Positions 61,000-64,000 of a DNA stretch of 64,000 nt are shown here, piece after piece; within the stretch, counting starts at the first letter, position 1, and each line of letters starts with the position of its first letter. Where the stretch lies: positions 295,925-359,924 of the forward strand of contig NW_005434645.1 in the NCBI RefSeq assembly GCF_000315625.1, written 5' to 3'. A program made the position numbers and the translations under genes. Source of the DNA: Guillardia theta CCMP2712. Lineage: Eukaryota; Protista; Cryptophyta. The notes below the pieces were generated by a model. The model was not told the DNA's origin. It searched no databases and worked only from the letters and a program-made list of their open reading frames with translations.

Positions 61000-63900
61000 A
61001 AGTAGCAGCATAAGATAAAAGCCTGCTCCGCTTGCGCTTCTAGATTCTTTTAAGATAAAGGAGACTGAACAAGGTTGAGGAAAGGTGGGAGGAAGAGAGG
61101 GAGAGGAGAGGGGGATAGAAGGACGAGGATGGGGACTAACAGAGGAGGAGGAGGAGGAGGAGGAGGAGGAGGAGGAGGAGGAGGAGGAGGAGGTATTCGG
61201 CCTTAACAGATTCTTGCTCTCTCCATCTGCCGATGAACCTCCTCTGCTAGAGGACTCCTGTCCCCTGCTAGCTTCGAGTAGCACGTCTCCTCCTCCGCAC
61301 AGACTTGGATCACTTGTCTCCCCTGATGGACCTCAGCAGAATCAGGCGAGGAGGCACCAGAACTTACAAGGGACGACGAGCTGAAGTCGGAGGGGAGGAC
61401 GGAGCTCTGGGACTTGAGCCCTTGCAAGAGCGGGACAATCTATCCATTGGTGAGGACGGTAGGGAAGGAGGAGAAGGGGGGGGGGGGAGCAAGGAGAGAA
61501 CGAAAGGACACGGAGGAAGGAGGCAGGGACTATGGAGGGTAGCAGGACGAGGAGGTTGAAGGAAAGGCGGAGGGGGAGCGAGGAAAGGGAGGACTAGAGC
61601 TCACATGCTCTATGAAGTTCTCGTCGTCCTGCTGCTCTTCTGTGCGGCATGCTGGGAGTTGGAAGCTGAGAACCTGCTGGCCATCAGCTCGCTGTCTGCT
61701 CTCCCGACCCACAAGACCTTGTGGTAGAGGCCGGGTGAGGAGGTAAGGATGAGCCTGCGGAGAAAGCGAGGGTCGCGAATAGAGCCTTTCCTTTCTCGCT
61801 CCTCCTGCCCCCATCGGAACAGATGCATGCTGAGGAGGAGCGTCAGTAAGCAGCGGAGGGGGAGGGAGGAGATTGAGGACCTTAGGTGATGGAGGCAATA
61901 GTAGAAGAGGAAGGGATTGTTGTCTTCTGTAATCTGAGAGGAGGACAGGAAGTTGCGGTATTCCTCGAGGAGCTGGAGGAGGAGGAGGGGGGATGATGCA
62001 GGAGGAAGAGAAGGAAGAGGAAGAGAAAGAGGAGGAAGAGTAAGAGGAGGAAGAGGAGTGAGAGGAGAAGGAGAAAACATTATGCACAAATTGTTCAAAG
62101 CATGACTCACCTCGAAAGAAGTCTCGCGGGGAAAGAGATACCTGCAAGAGTTTGAGACGTAGGAAAGAAGATCCCTTCCGAACACTCCCTTTCACCGCCC
62201 CGCTCCTCCTCCTCCTCTCCCTTCCCCTTCCCCTGCCCCTGCCACTGCCACTGCTCATCACCTTCGGACTCCTCCTGGAACGCCATCCCTCTTCGGTCGG
62301 AGCATCCTGAGGAGGAAGGGGGACAAGATCTCAAGGACACGCGCGCGCCACTCGGATGGAAACTTGACTTGGAGGGAGAGGAGGAGCACCTGCAGGGAGG
62401 GAGAGCGGAAGGGAGCAGCGGAGGCGAGATGGGGAGGGAGAGAGATATAGATAGTGGTACAAGAGATTGAACAAGAAGATCGCGAGGCAGGAGGAGAAGG
62501 AAAGCAAGGAGGGAGGGAAGAGGAGGGGAGGGAAGAAGAGGAGGGGAGGGAAGGGGAGGGGAGGGGAGAGGAGAGGAGAGGAGAGGAGGGGAGAGGAGAG
62601 GAGAGGAGGGGCGAGGGAGGAGAGTGACATAGGAGACATTCACGTGAGACGTAGTTGAGCATCAAGCGAAACTTCACCTGTGCAAACTCCTCATCTCCGT
62701 ACGAGTCTTCTGCGAACTGCTGGGCTAGTGCGATGAAAAGCTCTCGCGGGTGATGCCGAGACTTGTGCTGCTGCATCTGCTGCAAGCTCTCCACTGCACG
62801 AAGTCAATCCAATGAAGCTAAGAGGGAGGAGGGAAGAGGGAGGAGGGAGGCAAAGCAGAGGAGGGAGGAAGAAACAGGCAAGGATAGCATGAGGAGCAGG
62901 AAGGAGGAGGCAGACCAATGTCGCAGCTCGTCAGCGTTGATGTCCAGGAGGGCGACAAGCTATCCTCCAGCTGTCTTCTCATCAAGCTGCTTGTCAGCTG
63001 GTGCATGTAGATGGCATTTCCCAGCAGGTAGACCGAGATTACATCGCAGAAGATGATCCCGTGCATGGAGAGCCGACTCGTCTCCTCCTCCTCCGCACCT
63101 CTCCCCTCTGTCTCCTTTTGCTTCCTTGTTGCTCTCTTTACGCCAACGACGATCTCACGAGGAAGAAGAGCGAGCGTTCCGAGCGTGTACACACAGGCTC
63201 TCTGCATGGTCGGCGTGAGGAGGTGGAGGTCCTGGGCCTCGTTCTTCTGCTTCTGGGCAGCATGGAGGGGTTGGAGGAGGAAGTCCGGCTGCAAAGGGAG
63301 GAAGGAAGAGCACCAGGGGTGAGCGAGGCTAAGGACGCGGAGACTGTCGCGAGTCCACAGAGCTCGGGAGAGCATGACGATCCCTTCGCCCTCCGAGCTC
63401 AGAAGGTTCAGCAGCCAGTCAGCGTAGAAGTCGAAGAGGATGCGAGGGGAAGGCGCTATTTCTTTTGAGTCCATACAGGCGAGCTGCCTCCCTACCCCTG
63501 CCATGTCTGCGTCCTTGCCCTCAGCAGCAGCAGCCACCATCACCTCGAGAGCGGGAAGGAGCAAGATCTCGTCTCCTGCGCGGACGGCAGAAGTGAGGAC
63601 CCGCGCTCCTTCGCGTACACACTCAAGTCGACTCGTCCCGTCCACATGTACATCGTCGTCTTCCAACCAGGAGGAGGGAGAAGAGAACCACGTCATGAGC
63701 TCTGTCAGGAGGAAAAGCTTCGATCGATGTGACAGGCTGAAGTCTCTTGATATCAAACTGTCTGCATCCTCCAAACATCTCTTCAGGCTGTCTCCATGCT
63801 GGGAATGAAAGGCTCGGAGGAGCTGAACTAGTCGCCTGCTCCTCTCATCTCGCTGAACCTCCTCTTGAGATAGGGTAGAGGAGAAGCGAGGAAGAGGGAG

Positions 63901-64000
63901 GGGACCTTGCGAGCTCCCGAAGCGAGCTGCATGCTTGACCAGGAAGTCTTGCGCGAGTGATCGCGACTTGCTCGATGCGCAATCAGGGGAGCAGGAAATC
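61000..64000 (-). CDS. RPAP1/Rba50/MINIYO-like RNA polymerase II-associated protein (3' part; 5' end outside window)
   Basis: FLPLQPDFLLQPL, LFIALAQQFAEDSYGDEEFAQ, FPSEWRARVLE, NNPFLFYYCLHHL resemble RPAP1 C-terminal motifs (LP-x-DW-x-F-x-P; QF-x-x-x-S[FY]GD-x-x-F; LY-x-x-A-x-HH). Confidence 0.6.

Noticed and set aside
44896-64000. Functional cluster of Pol II-related genes (TND-photolyase, CMTR1, RPAP1-like)
   Set aside because: Interrupted by an unrelated RabGAP and in mixed orientation; chance adjacency cannot be excluded without synteny data.

Overview
Eukaryotic, gene-dense, intron-rich nuclear DNA from a draft assembly with seven 100-N gaps. It has many short GT-AG introns plus long (GGA)n/(CCT)n introns. 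Gene content and leader peptides suggest an alga with a complex red-derived plastid, probably cryptophyte-like (inference only). Recognisable genes: a TPR protein, a K+-dependent-type H+-pyrophosphatase with unusual loops, an ABA4/DUF4281 protein, two PDZ/PH proteins, a GT17 glycosyltransferase, a DBP2/DDX5-like DEAD-box helicase with a signal peptide and RLRGG leader, an S41/CtpA protease, an orphan CLC exon, a class II CPD photolyase, a TBC1D15/Gyp7-like RabGAP, CMTR1 (cap1 2'-O-methyltransferase) and an RPAP1-like gene. Three things stand out. (1) The photolyase appears to be spliced in frame to an N-terminal TFIIS-N (TND/LW) domain, hinting at transcription-coupled photoreactivation. (2) A ~12 kb island (about 25.4-37.3 kb) holds three alternately oriented paralogues of an unrecognised 14-Cys, signal-peptide/GPI-signal surface protein with mosaic, patchwise variation. 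They are interleaved with decayed intronless ORFs, a 160-bp foldback/42-bp inverted repeat and a 23-bp palindromic tandem array. (3) CMTR1 carries its own Pol II CTD-like Y-x-P-x-S-P repeat tail. All gene models were spliced by eye, so boundaries are approximate unless stated.
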